DNA of 64,000 nucleotides from Deltaproteobacteria bacterium (GTDB lineage Bacteria > Desulfobacterota > Binatia > Bin18). Below the pieces are notes generated by a model. The model did no database searches, was not told where the DNA came from, and worked only from the letters and a program-made list of their open reading frames with translations. Positions 43,021-52,902 of the stretch are shown here, piece after piece. Position 1 is the first letter of the stretch. Every line of letters starts with the position of its first letter. Both the position numbers and the translations under genes were made by a program. The DNA is taken from positions 182,502 through 246,501 of the forward strand of contig JACPWD010000022.1 in assembly GCA_016197285.1 (NCBI GenBank), given 5' to 3'.

Positions 43021-44880
43021 TTACTTTGCCGGGCCAAAACAGTACGGCTGGAGGGTGTCCTGTGCGGCGAGACGGAACTTGTGCCAGCGGCCACCGCCGT
43101 AATAGGCAAGGCTTCCGGGCTCGGCGTCTCCATGCCCGTTGTAATACGACAGACAGTCGCGCAGTGAGGCACTCATGATGTCTACCTGGCGGCAGTGCTG
43201 GGCGTACTCCTCTTGCGGCTGGCGATGCAGGTCGACGATGGTCTCGCCTCGGTCACGCAGGGTTGACAACATCCACACAAGGTAGTCGCCATGCGCGTCG
43301 ATGGCGTCAGTGAAGTTGAAACTACCACCGCCGCCCTGAGGGCCAGTGACGACGAAGAGGTTCGGGAAGTCTTTCACGTGGAGACCGAGAAAGGTCTTGG
43401 TGCCCTCGGCAGCCCACGTCTCTGCGATGGTGCGGCCGTCGCGGCCTCTCGTCTTCTCGAATAAGCCGCTTGCCATCCATTGGAACCCCGTCGCATAGAT
43501 CAACACATCGAGGGGATACTCAACCCCATCGTGCACGACCCCCTTTGCGTTGATCTGGCTCACGCCCATCGGTGCCGTGTCCACCAAATGGACATGCGGC
43601 TTGTTGAACGCCGGCAGAAATTCGTCGTGGAACGTGGGCCGCTTGCACCCGTATGGGTAATACGGCTTCAGGGCCGCAGCGATCTTGGGATCTTTAACGA
43701 TAGTGTCAACCCGCGCCCGGATCTGCTCCATGATCCGGAAACTCGTGTTCAGTTGCTTCTGTATCAGCTCCTCAGGCGCTAGTCGGGTTTCGTGCTGCTT
43801 GCGCTCTCGGAAATCAGCGACCTTGCCAGCGAGGTAGTCGTCGTTGGCCTGGATCGCGGTGCGGCCCTCGGAGATCCGGGCGAATCGCACCCGGCGGGCT
43901 CGCGCCCAGCCTGGCTCATGGGACCACTGGTCGATCTCCTCCGGCGTCGTTTCGCGCTGGTCACGGATATCAATCGTCGACGGTGTGCGCTGGAACACAT
44001 GCAGTTGGCCGGCGATCTTCGCCAGCTCCGGAATGACTTGCACCGCCGTCGCCCCGGTGCCAATGATGCCGACTCGCTTCCCTTCCAAGGCGATATTGTA
44101 CTTCCAGCGCGAGGTGTGAAACGACTCGCCCTGAAACGTCTCCATGCCCTCAATACGGGCCAGCTTCGGTGTGGTGAGAATCCCATTCGCGTAGACCAGG
44201 TACCGCGCCCGCATGGCGTCGCCACGGTTCGTGTACACGGTCCAACGGCCAGCCGCTTCATCCCACATGGTCTTCTCGACCGTGGTGTGAAACAGACAGT
44301 GGTCGTAGAAGCTAAATTTTTGGGCCATCTTCTGGCAATACTCGAAGATCTCAAACCCCGACGCAAATTTCATCGTCGGGAAATAGCCCATCTCCTCCAG
44401 TAAAGGGAAATAACTGTACGACTCCACGTCACAGGCAATCCCTGGATATCGGTTCCAGTACCAGGTCCCGCCGACATCGCCGCCCTTCTCACAGAACCGT
44501 ACGTCGGTGAATCCCGCTTGGCTCAGCTTGTGCCACAACAACAGACCTCCGAAACCGCCGCCCACCACAAGGATTTCGCATTCGTCGGTCAGGGCGTCGC
44601 GAGGGACTGGGGCCGCAGAGTACACGTCCTCAAGGTATTTGCTAAACTCGCCCTCCATCGCCATGTAGTCCGCAGCCCCCCGACGAGCCTCCTTGTTAGC
44701 GAGATACTTCGCCTGCTCCTCGGCGTTAAACACCGCGCCCGGCGGCGGCGGCGGCAGCGTCTTGAGCGACTCCTCCTGGGTGACTGAGTAGCCTCTCCCT
44801 ACCACATCATCCATCGTACTGGCGGCACGGGTGTTGAAGATCTTTCGTCCGGTATCGGGGTCAATTCTAATCGACATCAT
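43021..44880 (-). CDS. Baeyer-Villiger monooxygenase (FAD/NADPH-dependent flavin monooxygenase)
   Basis: 619 aa; FAD motif VVGGGFGGL, BVMO fingerprint GGTWYWNRYPG, second dinucleotide motif GIIGTGATAVQ. Confidence 0.85.
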   Translation of the reverse strand: MMSIRIDPDTGRKIFNTRAASTMDDVVGRGYSVTQEESLKTLPPPPPGAVFNAEEQAKYLANKEARRGAADYMAMEGEFSKYLEDVYSAAPVPRDALTDECEILVVGGGFGGLLLWHKLSQAGFTDVRFCEKGGDVGGTWYWNRYPGIACDVESYSYFPLLEEMGYFPTMKFASGFEIFEYCQKMAQKFSFYDHCLFHTTVEKTMWDEAAGRWTVYTNRGDAMRARYLVYANGILTTPKLARIEGMETFQGESFHTSRWKYNIALEGKRVGIIGTGATAVQVIPELAKIAGQLHVFQRTPSTIDIRDQRETTPEEIDQWSHEPGWARARRVRFARISEGRTAIQANDDYLAGKVADFRERKQHETRLAPEELIQKQLNTSFRIMEQIRARVDTIVKDPKIAAALKPYYPYGCKRPTFHDEFLPAFNKPHVHLVDTAPMGVSQINAKGVVHDGVEYPLDVLIYATGFQWMASGLFEKTRGRDGRTIAETWAAEGTKTFLGLHVKDFPNLFVVTGPQGGGGSFNFTDAIDAHGDYLVWMLSTLRDRGETIVDLHRQPQEEYAQHCRQVDIMSASLRDCLSYYNGHGDAEPGSLAYYGGGRWHKFRLAAQDTLQPYCFGPAK

Positions 44881-45054
44881 CTGCTCTCCTTTATTCGCAT
44901 ACCTCTCTAGTGCAAGTTCCCTGAGTCATTCGTCCCGGGAAACCTCCGAGACTCTACCCTACCGTGTGCCAAATATCTAGGTCGTAATGAACCGTACCAA
45001 GTATTGAGATTGGCAAATGATTGAAGGGGCGCTGGTGCCGCTCATCACATCCCT

Positions 45055-45200
45055 CTCCTCCTGTCCTTCTCCCCAATGGGGAGAAGGGAACGAAAAATGG
45101 GAGGGTTCGCTGCGCCGCCCCTACCTGGCCTTTTCGCTCCTTCGCCATTTCCCCTTTTCGCCCTTCTTTCATCCTTCATCCTTCATCCTTCCGCATTCAC
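45055..45200. repeat. CT-rich low-complexity repeat with TTCATCC(T) triplet
   Basis: ...CCCCTTTTCGCCCTTCTTTCATCCTTCATCCTTCATCCTTCCGC...; related to 35690..35770. Confidence 0.5.
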
Positions 45201-46381
45201 GCCTCTTTCGTCACCACCAACCCGCTGCCGCGTAGCATGGGCGAACCGTCAATGGCGCAAACGGCGGCGGCACCGGAGATCTGCCGCTGCTCGGCGCGTC
45301 CGGTGACTTGAAAGACGGCTTCGGCGATGTGGCCCATGCCGTGCAACCGGCCTTCGCTGAGACTGCCGCCGAAGGTATTGACTGGCAACTCGCCTTCCAA
45401 GGCGATGCGCCCATCTTGAATGAAACTCCACGCTTCGCCTGCTCCGCAAAATCCGGCGGCTTCCAGCCAGTATAAGGTGGATGGGCTGAATCCGTCGTAG
45501 AGCTGCGCCGCGTCCATATCGCGCGGCCCGAGCCCAGACGACGCCCACAATTTTGTCGCCAACGATTGTCCACAGGCAATGTAATCGTCGAGCGCATAGT
45601 GAAACAGCGTGCGACGGCGGCTGGTGTTTTGCCCATAGCCGGCGATGTACGCCGGCGGGTTGCGTAAGTCGCGCGCGCGCGCCGCAGTAGTCAGCACCAA
45701 CGCGACGCAGCCCTCCACCGGAATGTCACAGTCGAAGAGACACAAGGGCTCAGCAATCCAGCGCGAGGCCAGATAATCGTCGTGGGTCATCGGCGTGGTG
45801 TAAAAGAACGCGCGAGGATTCAGGTTGGCATTGCGCCGACTATTGGTAACAAAGGTCGCGAGATGTTCACGTGTCGCGCCGTATTTATGCATGTAGCGCT
45901 GCCACTGCATGGCGTGCCACTGAAAAATGCTGGTAGCACCGTAAGGCGCGACAAATTGCGCCTCGCCCGACGCCCGAGTGCTAGACCACGCGCCGTAGCG
46001 CCCACGCGGTTGGTGCAACGCTCGCCACACCAAGACGTAGTCGCAGGCACCAGCGAGCAGTGCATGCACGGCTTCGATCACCGGGCTGGCAATCATGCCG
46101 GCCTCGATTTGCGCGTACCAGCGGATGTCGGACGCTAGCGGCAACTGGTTCAGGATGTACATGACACTGACGATGTCCTCGCCATCGCGATTCCCCGCCC
46201 CCAAAGCTGGCAGCTCTGGGTAGGTTGTCAGTCCGTCGATTTGTTCCGGTGCCACACCGGCATCGGCCATGGCCGCCTGACAGGCATCAATAGCCAATAA
46301 CCCCAGCGGCTTTTGCGAATGGCGCGTCAACTGCGAGTAGCCTACGCCGACGATTGCGGTTTTACCTTTACCTGACCACAT
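45197..46381 (-). CDS. Thiolase-like protein (SCP-x/Ltp-type, partner of DUF35)
   Basis: Thiolase fold. ATG 46381 (MWSGKGKTAIVGVGYSQ) is 29 nt after the DUF35 gene. Track ORF starts at 46738 and runs through the DUF35 gene region in another frame. Confidence 0.75.
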   Translation of the reverse strand: MWSGKGKTAIVGVGYSQLTRHSQKPLGLLAIDACQAAMADAGVAPEQIDGLTTYPELPALGAGNRDGEDIVSVMYILNQLPLASDIRWYAQIEAGMIASPVIEAVHALLAGACDYVLVWRALHQPRGRYGAWSSTRASGEAQFVAPYGATSIFQWHAMQWQRYMHKYGATREHLATFVTNSRRNANLNPRAFFYTTPMTHDDYLASRWIAEPLCLFDCDIPVEGCVALVLTTAARARDLRNPPAYIAGYGQNTSRRRTLFHYALDDYIACGQSLATKLWASSGLGPRDMDAAQLYDGFSPSTLYWLEAAGFCGAGEAWSFIQDGRIALEGELPVNTFGGSLSEGRLHGMGHIAEAVFQVTGRAEQRQISGAAAVCAIDGSPMLRGSGLVVTKEA

Positions 46382-46410
46382 GATGTTCTTGCCCTTTACG
46401 TTCGAGGAAG

Positions 46411-46833
46411 TTATTCGGCAATGACCCGAAACATTGGCAACGAAATCTCCTCGTTTACGTCCTCGAAATACACTTCCACTCGCCCGCCAATCTTGACCTG
46501 CTCGCGCTCCGAGCCTGGGAGATTGGCCACCATGAACAAGCGCGGCTGCTCGTCCAGTTCCACCAGCAGATTCACATACGGCACCTGCTGCTCGAATCCA
46601 GCGATGTTTTGTTGGAACATGACCGAGAAGGTATAGACCGTGCCCTTTCCGCTCACCGGCACGAAAGCGAGGGTCTGGGATTGGCAGGCGTCGCACACCG
46701 TGCGCGGCGGGTGATTGAAGTAGCCGCAGGCGCTGCACTGCTGGACAACAAGCCGGTGTTGTCGTGCGGCATCCCAGAACGGACGGGTGAGTTCGTCGGC
46801 TGCCGGAAGAGGTCGTTGTTGCTGTTCCGCCAT
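46411..46833 (-). CDS. DUF35 OB-fold/zinc-ribbon protein (thiolase-associated)
   Basis: 140 aa; rubredoxin-like zinc ribbon CSACGYFNHPPRTVCDAC followed by OB fold; canonical pairing with the thiolase-like gene. Confidence 0.75.
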   Translation of the reverse strand: MAEQQQRPLPAADELTRPFWDAARQHRLVVQQCSACGYFNHPPRTVCDACQSQTLAFVPVSGKGTVYTFSVMFQQNIAGFEQQVPYVNLLVELDEQPRLFMVANLPGSEREQVKIGGRVEVYFEDVNEEISLPMFRVIAE

Positions 46834-47110
46834 AAGGTCCTCCGCTATTGTCGTAATCCCGCTTGCTTCAGTAACGGCAGTTCATGCCGAAGATCCCGAG
46901 TTTCATCTTCTGCTCGTTAAAGACCGGTACGTGTTTGCGGCGATACTCCATCAACTCGGTTGCATTCATAGGCGTCTTTCCTCTATTGTCATCCCCGGTT
47001 CCGGCACGGACGCGCCGAGGGTCCAGTATGCACAGGCTTGATATCTACATCTGTACGAAAAGCAAGTGTACGGTCAAGCAATCTGACAAGAACTCCGAGG
47101 AGAATGATCC

Positions 47111-47503
47111 ATGAACCAAATCTACGGCCTCGGCATCGCCGGGTTGTCCGTCATCATTGCCGCAGTTACTTCGGGAATACGGCTCAAACCCTACCTGGAT
47201 GCCGGTGTGGAACGCACGCCCATGACCTTCGCGGCATATCCTGCCCTCATTGCGATCGCCATCACCGTGCCGGTCGTGTTTGCTATCCGCTGGCTTACCA
47301 GGAAGAAAAACATCGCCATCGGTCCGGTGACCTTTTCCGGGAATCTTCCCTTCATCACCCTAGGTTGCCTACTCTACGCCGCAATCGCCGTCCTATTTTT
47401 TCCTTACCAAGCAGCGCCTCCCCCGCCGGCGAAAGATGCAATACATACGCGGCTGACCGACACAGACACGAGCGAGAAAGGGCTGACATGGAAGAGCACC
47501 TGA
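47111..47503 (+). CDS. Hypothetical small membrane protein
   Basis: 130 aa with 3-4 predicted TM helices. Confidence 0.45.
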   Translation: MNQIYGLGIAGLSVIIAAVTSGIRLKPYLDAGVERTPMTFAAYPALIAIAITVPVVFAIRWLTRKKNIAIGPVTFSGNLPFITLGCLLYAAIAVLFFPYQAAPPPPAKDAIHTRLTDTDTSEKGLTWKST

Positions 47504-47883
47504 GCGTCGATTCGTTTTCCGCATTGTTGGGATTGCAGGTGGAAGAAGCCCGAGTGGACTTTTGCCGCCTGCGGATGCCGTTCCGACCGGACCTGCGCAC
47601 GACTGCCGAGGTCGTGCATGGGGGCGCTATTGCCTCGCTGATCGATACGGCGGCGGTCGTAGCCGTGTGGTCCAATGTCGATGCCGATACCACCCGGGGA
47701 GCTACCGCGAGTCTGACAGTCAATTACTTAGCGGCGTCAGGGCGGGAGGACTTAATCGCCAACGCGCAGGTCATTCGTCGCGGTAGAAGCGTCGTCTTCG
47801 TGGATGTCGATGTCTTCGCCCTCCGAGGCGAGCGCATCGCCAAGGGTGTGGTCACCTACAAACTCGGACGCGGCGGGAAATAA
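47488..47883 (+). CDS. PaaI-family hotdog-fold thioesterase
   Basis: HGGAIASLIDTA motif. ATG 47488 has AAAGGG 6 nt upstream. The track gives a longer overlapping ORF from 47038. Confidence 0.75.
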   Translation: MEEHLSVDSFSALLGLQVEEARVDFCRLRMPFRPDLRTTAEVVHGGAIASLIDTAAVVAVWSNVDADTTRGATASLTVNYLAASGREDLIANAQVIRRGRSVVFVDVDVFALRGERIAKGVVTYKLGRGGK

Positions 47884-47889
47884 GCCCGA

Positions 47890-49101
47890 CTATGTCGTCT
47901 TTCGCCGCCGCAAATGAAACGCGGCGCGTCCGGCATGGAGCATGAAGGTAAGCGCCGCCCACGCCAGCACGAGTTGGAAAGCCGGAAGCGAGGTACCGGT
48001 CAGAAATCCCACAAGTAGAACGACGAGATACATGCCACGACGCCCGCCAAGAAAACACAGCCGCCGATCGAAAGCCGACATCTCATCCAGAGGTTTGCCT
48101 GTGGTACGGGTGAACCACGCTCCCAGTAACTGATCGACCAGAGTACAAGCGATCACAGCCATGCCGATGCCCCACGCCGTAGGGTGGTGCGTCTGCGCCA
48201 GCCGTTCGGCAAGTGCGAGATACCATAGATTTTCGGAGAACAGTTTCGTCGCGAATTCTTGCCGCGTGAGCGGTGCGGCCATAAGTTTGAGGCGAGCGAG
48301 CTTGCCCTCGACTCCATCCAGAAGAATCGTCATCCACGAGAAGAGCACCGCCAGCACGAACCAGCCTTGGTAAAAGAGCGAGGCTCCGGCCAACGCAAAA
48401 GCCAGAGAAAGGAGCGCTACTTGGCTCGGCGTCACTGCCGTCGTGCATAAGGCAGTGACAATCCGATTCTCTACGGCTGGATGGACATACTTCTCCAACA
48501 CATCTGCCGGACGTTGCGACACTCGATCGAGCAACAGCCGCCAGCCGCGCTGAAGATCTTCGTCCGAGGTCATTTTCTCGCAGTACGGCGGCGCACTCCC
48601 ATGATTCTCGGTGTCGTGCCCGGACACTGCCAAGAGCGAGACGCGCTGCGCTTTATGAAAGACTTCGTTACCCATGGAGAGGTGACGCGGAGCAAGCATG
48701 CCCACGCGCCACGGCGGCGGAAAGACCCCATTGCCCAAGATCATGAACGCGGGAGGAGGCTGCCTAGACATCGTGGCCAAGACCCGACGATCGACGAGCA
48801 GGTTGGCATCGAGGAGCAAAAACGGCTTGTCGAGTTCTTGATGGAGCGCAGGGAGGATAGTCAACGGGTCCGCTGTCCCGATTTCCAACGGGCTGTGAAT
48901 TACCTCCATATCCAGCGCTCTCGGCACGGTAAACAACGGCATAGGATCGCCGGGCGGATGCAGCACCCACGCTTTTTCTACGCCAACTTGACTCAAGAGG
49001 CGGAGGTTCCGCTCCAGCAAGGTCATACCACCCAACCAGCGCCACTCTTGCCCGGGAATCTTGAAAAGAACGGCTTGCATGAGGAGCCAGGAAAGCCGCA
49101 A
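47890..49101 (-). CDS. Fusion protein: N-terminal sugar/alcohol-phosphate nucleotidyltransferase-like domain + C-terminal CDP-alcohol phosphatidyltransferase-like membrane domain (IPCT/DIPPS-like architecture)
   Basis: The N-terminal ~220 aa resemble MobA-like NTP transferases. The C-terminal ~180 aa are polytopic membrane with a DG...AR-like motif (LLDGVEGKLARL). Confidence 0.5.
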   Translation of the reverse strand: MRLSWLLMQAVLFKIPGQEWRWLGGMTLLERNLRLLSQVGVEKAWVLHPPGDPMPLFTVPRALDMEVIHSPLEIGTADPLTILPALHQELDKPFLLLDANLLVDRRVLATMSRQPPPAFMILGNGVFPPPWRVGMLAPRHLSMGNEVFHKAQRVSLLAVSGHDTENHGSAPPYCEKMTSDEDLQRGWRLLLDRVSQRPADVLEKYVHPAVENRIVTALCTTAVTPSQVALLSLAFALAGASLFYQGWFVLAVLFSWMTILLDGVEGKLARLKLMAAPLTRQEFATKLFSENLWYLALAERLAQTHHPTAWGIGMAVIACTLVDQLLGAWFTRTTGKPLDEMSAFDRRLCFLGGRRGMYLVVLLVGFLTGTSLPAFQLVLAWAALTFMLHAGRAAFHLRRRKTT

Positions 49102-49104
49102 CGC

Positions 49105-50247
49105 TTAATACCCTTGCAACTGTGCCCAGCGTTGGCGATGCCACGAGGCATCCCCGAAGGTCATCTCTGCGGCGCGGGCACGTTTGAGGTAAAAGCCGGC
49201 ATCGTGCTCGTCGGTCATGCCAATGCCACCGTGCATTTGTACGCCTTCGTTGGCTGCCAGGACGTAAGCATCGGAGCAGCGAGCTTTAGCGAGACAGACC
49301 AGTTGGGTAAAGTCTGCCGTGCCAGCATCCACCGCGCGCGCCGCTGCCATCACCGTGGACCGCGCCAGTTCGATTTCCATGAACAACTTGGCGGCACGAT
49401 GCTTCAACGCTTGGAAGGTGCCGATGATGGTACCGAATTGCACCCGCGTTTTCAGATATTCCAGCGTCATCTCGAAAATCTGACTCATGCCGCCGAGCAT
49501 TTCGGCACAGAGTCCTACTGTGGCGCGATCCACCACATGAGAGAGCATGGGATATCCGCCGTCCACCGTGCCGACAACCTGCGCCTGACTCACCTTCACC
49601 CCGTTCAGGCCGACTAACGCAGCAGCACGGTCATCCACGCGATGCTGAAGAGTTACACTCACCCCCGGGGTATCGCGCGAGACGAGAAACAGTGTGATAC
49701 CGTTGGGGTCGTTCGCTTCTCCCGCCGTGCGCGCGGACACGAGGAAAGCCTCCACAGCGCCGCCGTCCAACACCTGAATCTTCTCGCCGGATAACACCCA
49801 GCTCTCGCCTTGTCGTTCCGCTTTCGTTGCCACCCGCTGCAGATCGTAACGACTCCGCGCTTCTTGATAGGCCACCGTGAGAATCCGCTCACCCGCAGCC
49901 AAGCCGGGCAGCGAGGCTTCCTTCTGTGCGGCGCTCCCCGCGTGTGCGAGCAACTGCCCGGCGAGCAACACAGTAGAAAGAAACGGCTCTGGAGCCAGTG
50001 TACGGCCCAGCGCTTCCAGCACGACGACGAAATCCGCCATGCCCATTCCTGCTCCGCCATATTCTTCGGGAACCAAAATACCCACCCATCCCAGCTCCGC
50101 CATCTGCTTCCACAGATCGGGAGAAAATCCCACAGGGTCACCGGCGTCGCGTAAAGCGCGCAGACGGCTCAGCGGCGAGTGCTGACGCACGAAGTCGTGA
50201 GCGGTTTTGCTTAACAGTTCTTGATCTTCGGTAAGGACGAGTTCCAC
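49105..50247 (-). CDS. Acyl-CoA dehydrogenase
   Basis: 380 aa; classic ACAD N-terminus (LTEDQELL), catalytic C-terminal domain; GTG start with GGAGA RBS. Confidence 0.85.
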   Translation of the reverse strand: MELVLTEDQELLSKTAHDFVRQHSPLSRLRALRDAGDPVGFSPDLWKQMAELGWVGILVPEEYGGAGMGMADFVVVLEALGRTLAPEPFLSTVLLAGQLLAHAGSAAQKEASLPGLAAGERILTVAYQEARSRYDLQRVATKAERQGESWVLSGEKIQVLDGGAVEAFLVSARTAGEANDPNGITLFLVSRDTPGVSVTLQHRVDDRAAALVGLNGVKVSQAQVVGTVDGGYPMLSHVVDRATVGLCAEMLGGMSQIFEMTLEYLKTRVQFGTIIGTFQALKHRAAKLFMEIELARSTVMAAARAVDAGTADFTQLVCLAKARCSDAYVLAANEGVQMHGGIGMTDEHDAGFYLKRARAAEMTFGDASWHRQRWAQLQGY

Positions 50248-50259
50248 GGTGAGTCTCCT

Positions 50260-51447
50260 CTAGTCCGGCAGCCCCAGCACCCGCTTGGCAATGATATTGA
50301 GCTGAATCTCGCTGGTGCCGCCTTCGATGCTGTTGCCACGTGAGCGCAGCCAATCGCGGGTCAGCGTCAGTTCGCGTTCGGTAAAGCCGGCACCTTCCCA
50401 GCCCAGCGCCTGCGGACCGGTAATCGCCAGCAACAGTTCCTGACGACGCTGGTTCAGTTCTGTCCCGTAAATCTTGAACATCGAGCTTTCCGGACCAGGC
50501 GGGCGACCTGCCTTGGCGGCATCGCGGGAACGATCCGCCGTCAGTTTGAACGCGAGGTTATCCATCTCATACTGCACGATGCGTTGGCGCAGCCCATCGT
50601 CGGCAAGGCGTTCGCCGTCGAACTCGACGTAGTCGCGCGCCCAGTCGCGCATGGTGCGCTTTTTCCCTCCACCGCCAAACGCGGCGGCAATCATCGTGCG
50701 CTCGTGGTTCAACAGGGCTTTGGCCACGGTCCACCCGTCATTCACCCGGCTGATCACATTCTTGGCCGGCACGAGCACATCGGTCAGGAAGGTTTCGCAA
50801 AAAGGCGAAGAGCCGCTGATGAGCTTAATCGGCTTGGCCTCCACTCCCGGGGTCGTCATGTCCAGCAAGATAAAAGTGATGCCTTCCTGCTTTTTGGCTT
50901 GCGGGTCGGTGCGGACCAGCATGAACATCCAGTCGGAGTAGTTCGCGTAGGAGGTCCAGACCTTCTGACCGTTGATGACGTAATGATCGCCGTGCAGCAC
51001 GGCTTTGGTCTGAAGAGAAGCCAGGTCGCTGCCCGAGCCGGGCTCGGAATACCCCTGACACCAGCGAATCTCGCCGCAGACAATCTTGGGGATATGCTCG
51101 CGTTTCTGCTCTTCCGTGCCATATTGCAGGAGCACAGGGCCGATCATGGTCAGCCCGAACCCGGAGAGCGGCTCGGGCAAGCGCAGGGCCGCCATCTCTT
51201 CTCGAAGGATCTTCGCTTCGGCTTTCGACAACCCGCCGCCGCTATATTGCGCGGGCCATTCCGGCGCTGTCCAGCCACGCGCGGCCATGACCTCCATCCA
51301 GCGTTTCATGTTGGGATTCGGGTAGGTCGCTCTGCGCCCGCCCCAGTTGCCCTCGCCGATAGCAAGAGTGAGCCCTCTCACCCCGACTGGAGCATTGTCC
51401 GACAACCACTGACGAGTTTCCGCGCGAAATTGTCCGAGATCGACCAT
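50260..51447 (-). CDS. Acyl-CoA dehydrogenase family protein
   Basis: ACAD fold. ATG 51447 is preceded by GGAGG with an 8-nt spacer. Track start 51531. Confidence 0.8.
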   Translation of the reverse strand: MVDLGQFRAETRQWLSDNAPVGVRGLTLAIGEGNWGGRRATYPNPNMKRWMEVMAARGWTAPEWPAQYSGGGLSKAEAKILREEMAALRLPEPLSGFGLTMIGPVLLQYGTEEQKREHIPKIVCGEIRWCQGYSEPGSGSDLASLQTKAVLHGDHYVINGQKVWTSYANYSDWMFMLVRTDPQAKKQEGITFILLDMTTPGVEAKPIKLISGSSPFCETFLTDVLVPAKNVISRVNDGWTVAKALLNHERTMIAAAFGGGGKKRTMRDWARDYVEFDGERLADDGLRQRIVQYEMDNLAFKLTADRSRDAAKAGRPPGPESSMFKIYGTELNQRRQELLLAITGPQALGWEGAGFTERELTLTRDWLRSRGNSIEGGTSEIQLNIIAKRVLGLPD

Positions 51448-51586
51448 GGTGGAGCCCTCCTGTGGCGGGCCAAGGTGTACCGCCGCTTTCTTTCCTAACG
51501 AAGCTGTCTCGATCTTGCTAGGGTCCCTCAAAAAAAAGGGCAGCCTCGCCGGGCTGCCCTTGCTCGAACAACTGACAATTGCGGTG

Positions 51587-52726
51587 CTACTTCGCCACCA
51601 CTTGCCCCAGGGTCACAGGGACCGGAGCATCGACACTGGCGATGACTTTATGGGGATTGAAAACCGGAAGAATGTATTTCCCCATGCGTTGAATGGAACG
51701 CATGATGTTGGCGTGCGGAATGCGTCCGGCTTGTTTGAAACAGATCACTTGGCTGAGGCCGGAGCGATGAAAGTTTTCCAGCTTGCGCATCACTTCGTCG
51801 GGATTTCCCACGGCCACCATGTGATGCTCTTTGAGCTGGGCATCGGTCGCATCTTTCGGGTCGGCCTCCATGGCGAATACATTACGCAGATACTCGTAGG
51901 AGTACAGTTTATTCTTCACCATGAGCGGCTCGAACAGCTTGGCGACGTTGTGCAGGAACCAACGGGCACCGTCCAGACCGATCGCCTCTTCTTCTTTGTT
52001 TTCCGCCACGTGCACGATGGCCACACCGGCGAAATTCTCGTTGATGACTTTGGGAATCACATCGGTCCGGTGCGTGCACGCTTGCCGATACGTGGCCATG
52101 GCTTGTTGCACCTGTTCCCAATTGAAGTTGAAACTCAGCACGCCGAGCCCACGGTTGCCGGCCATTTCATAGCTATCCGGAGCCACGCACGCCATCCACA
52201 TGGGAGGATGCGGCTTTTGGATCGGCTTGGGCACCACACGGCGCGGCGGCACTTTCATCAGCTTGCCGTCGTATTCGAGGATGTCTTCCGTCCACGCTTT
52301 GACGATAATTTCCAGCGCTTCGCGCACTTCGTCGCGGGTGCGGTCGTAGTTCACGCCGAAGCCGTCGAGTTCCTGCGCGGTGGTCGAGCGCCCGGTCCCG
52401 ATATCGACGCGCCCGTTGCTCATGATGTCGAGCACAGCGGCCTGCTCGGCGATTTTGATGGGATGGTTGAAATTGAAGGGCAACAGCCGCACGCCGTGGG
52501 CGATACGGATATTCTTGGTGCGCTGGGTCACCGCGCCATAGAACACCTCCGGCGCCGGGCTATGGGAATATTCTTCCAGGAAGTGGTGCTCGACCTCCCA
52601 GACATAGTCGAAACCGAGTCGATCCGCGAGTTCGATTTGCGCCAGCGCTTCCCAGTAGATGTTATATTCGCTCAGCGCGTGCCAGGGGCGCGGGGTTTCC
52701 ATTTCATACAGTAGACCAAATTTCAT
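51587..52726 (-). CDS. LLM-class flavin-dependent oxidoreductase
   Basis: 379 aa luciferase-like TIM-barrel sequence (MKFGLLYEME...). Confidence 0.8.
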   Translation of the reverse strand: MKFGLLYEMETPRPWHALSEYNIYWEALAQIELADRLGFDYVWEVEHHFLEEYSHSPAPEVFYGAVTQRTKNIRIAHGVRLLPFNFNHPIKIAEQAAVLDIMSNGRVDIGTGRSTTAQELDGFGVNYDRTRDEVREALEIIVKAWTEDILEYDGKLMKVPPRRVVPKPIQKPHPPMWMACVAPDSYEMAGNRGLGVLSFNFNWEQVQQAMATYRQACTHRTDVIPKVINENFAGVAIVHVAENKEEEAIGLDGARWFLHNVAKLFEPLMVKNKLYSYEYLRNVFAMEADPKDATDAQLKEHHMVAVGNPDEVMRKLENFHRSGLSQVICFKQAGRIPHANIMRSIQRMGKYILPVFNPHKVIASVDAPVPVTLGQVVAK

Positions 52727-52782
52727 GAGATGCTCCTTCTTGCTACTCAGCCATGGGAGTTTTGAGGGATAGGCAAAAGAAG

Positions 52783-52869
52783 GTCATTCCCGCGAAAGCG
52801 GGAATCCAGGCAATATAATCACAAGCTTCTGCTGTACATTTCTGGATGCCCGCCTGCGCGGGCATGACG
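52783..52869. repeat. MITE-like element, family 2 (GTCATTCCCGCGAAAGCGGGAATCCAG ... CTGGATGCCCGCCTGCGCGGGCATGAC)
   Basis: Two hairpin-forming arms that are imperfect inverse complements flank a ~35-bp AT-rich core. Sits in the intergenic gap between two LLM genes. Confidence 0.65.
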
Positions 52870-52902
52870 GTAAACTCTGCCTCACGATTCAATTGAATGA
52901 GG

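Noticed and set aside
49659-50141. 160-aa ORF inside the acyl-CoA dehydrogenase gene (other frame)
   Set aside because: Same-strand overlapping frame of a strongly supported ACAD; Trp/Arg/Cys-rich.
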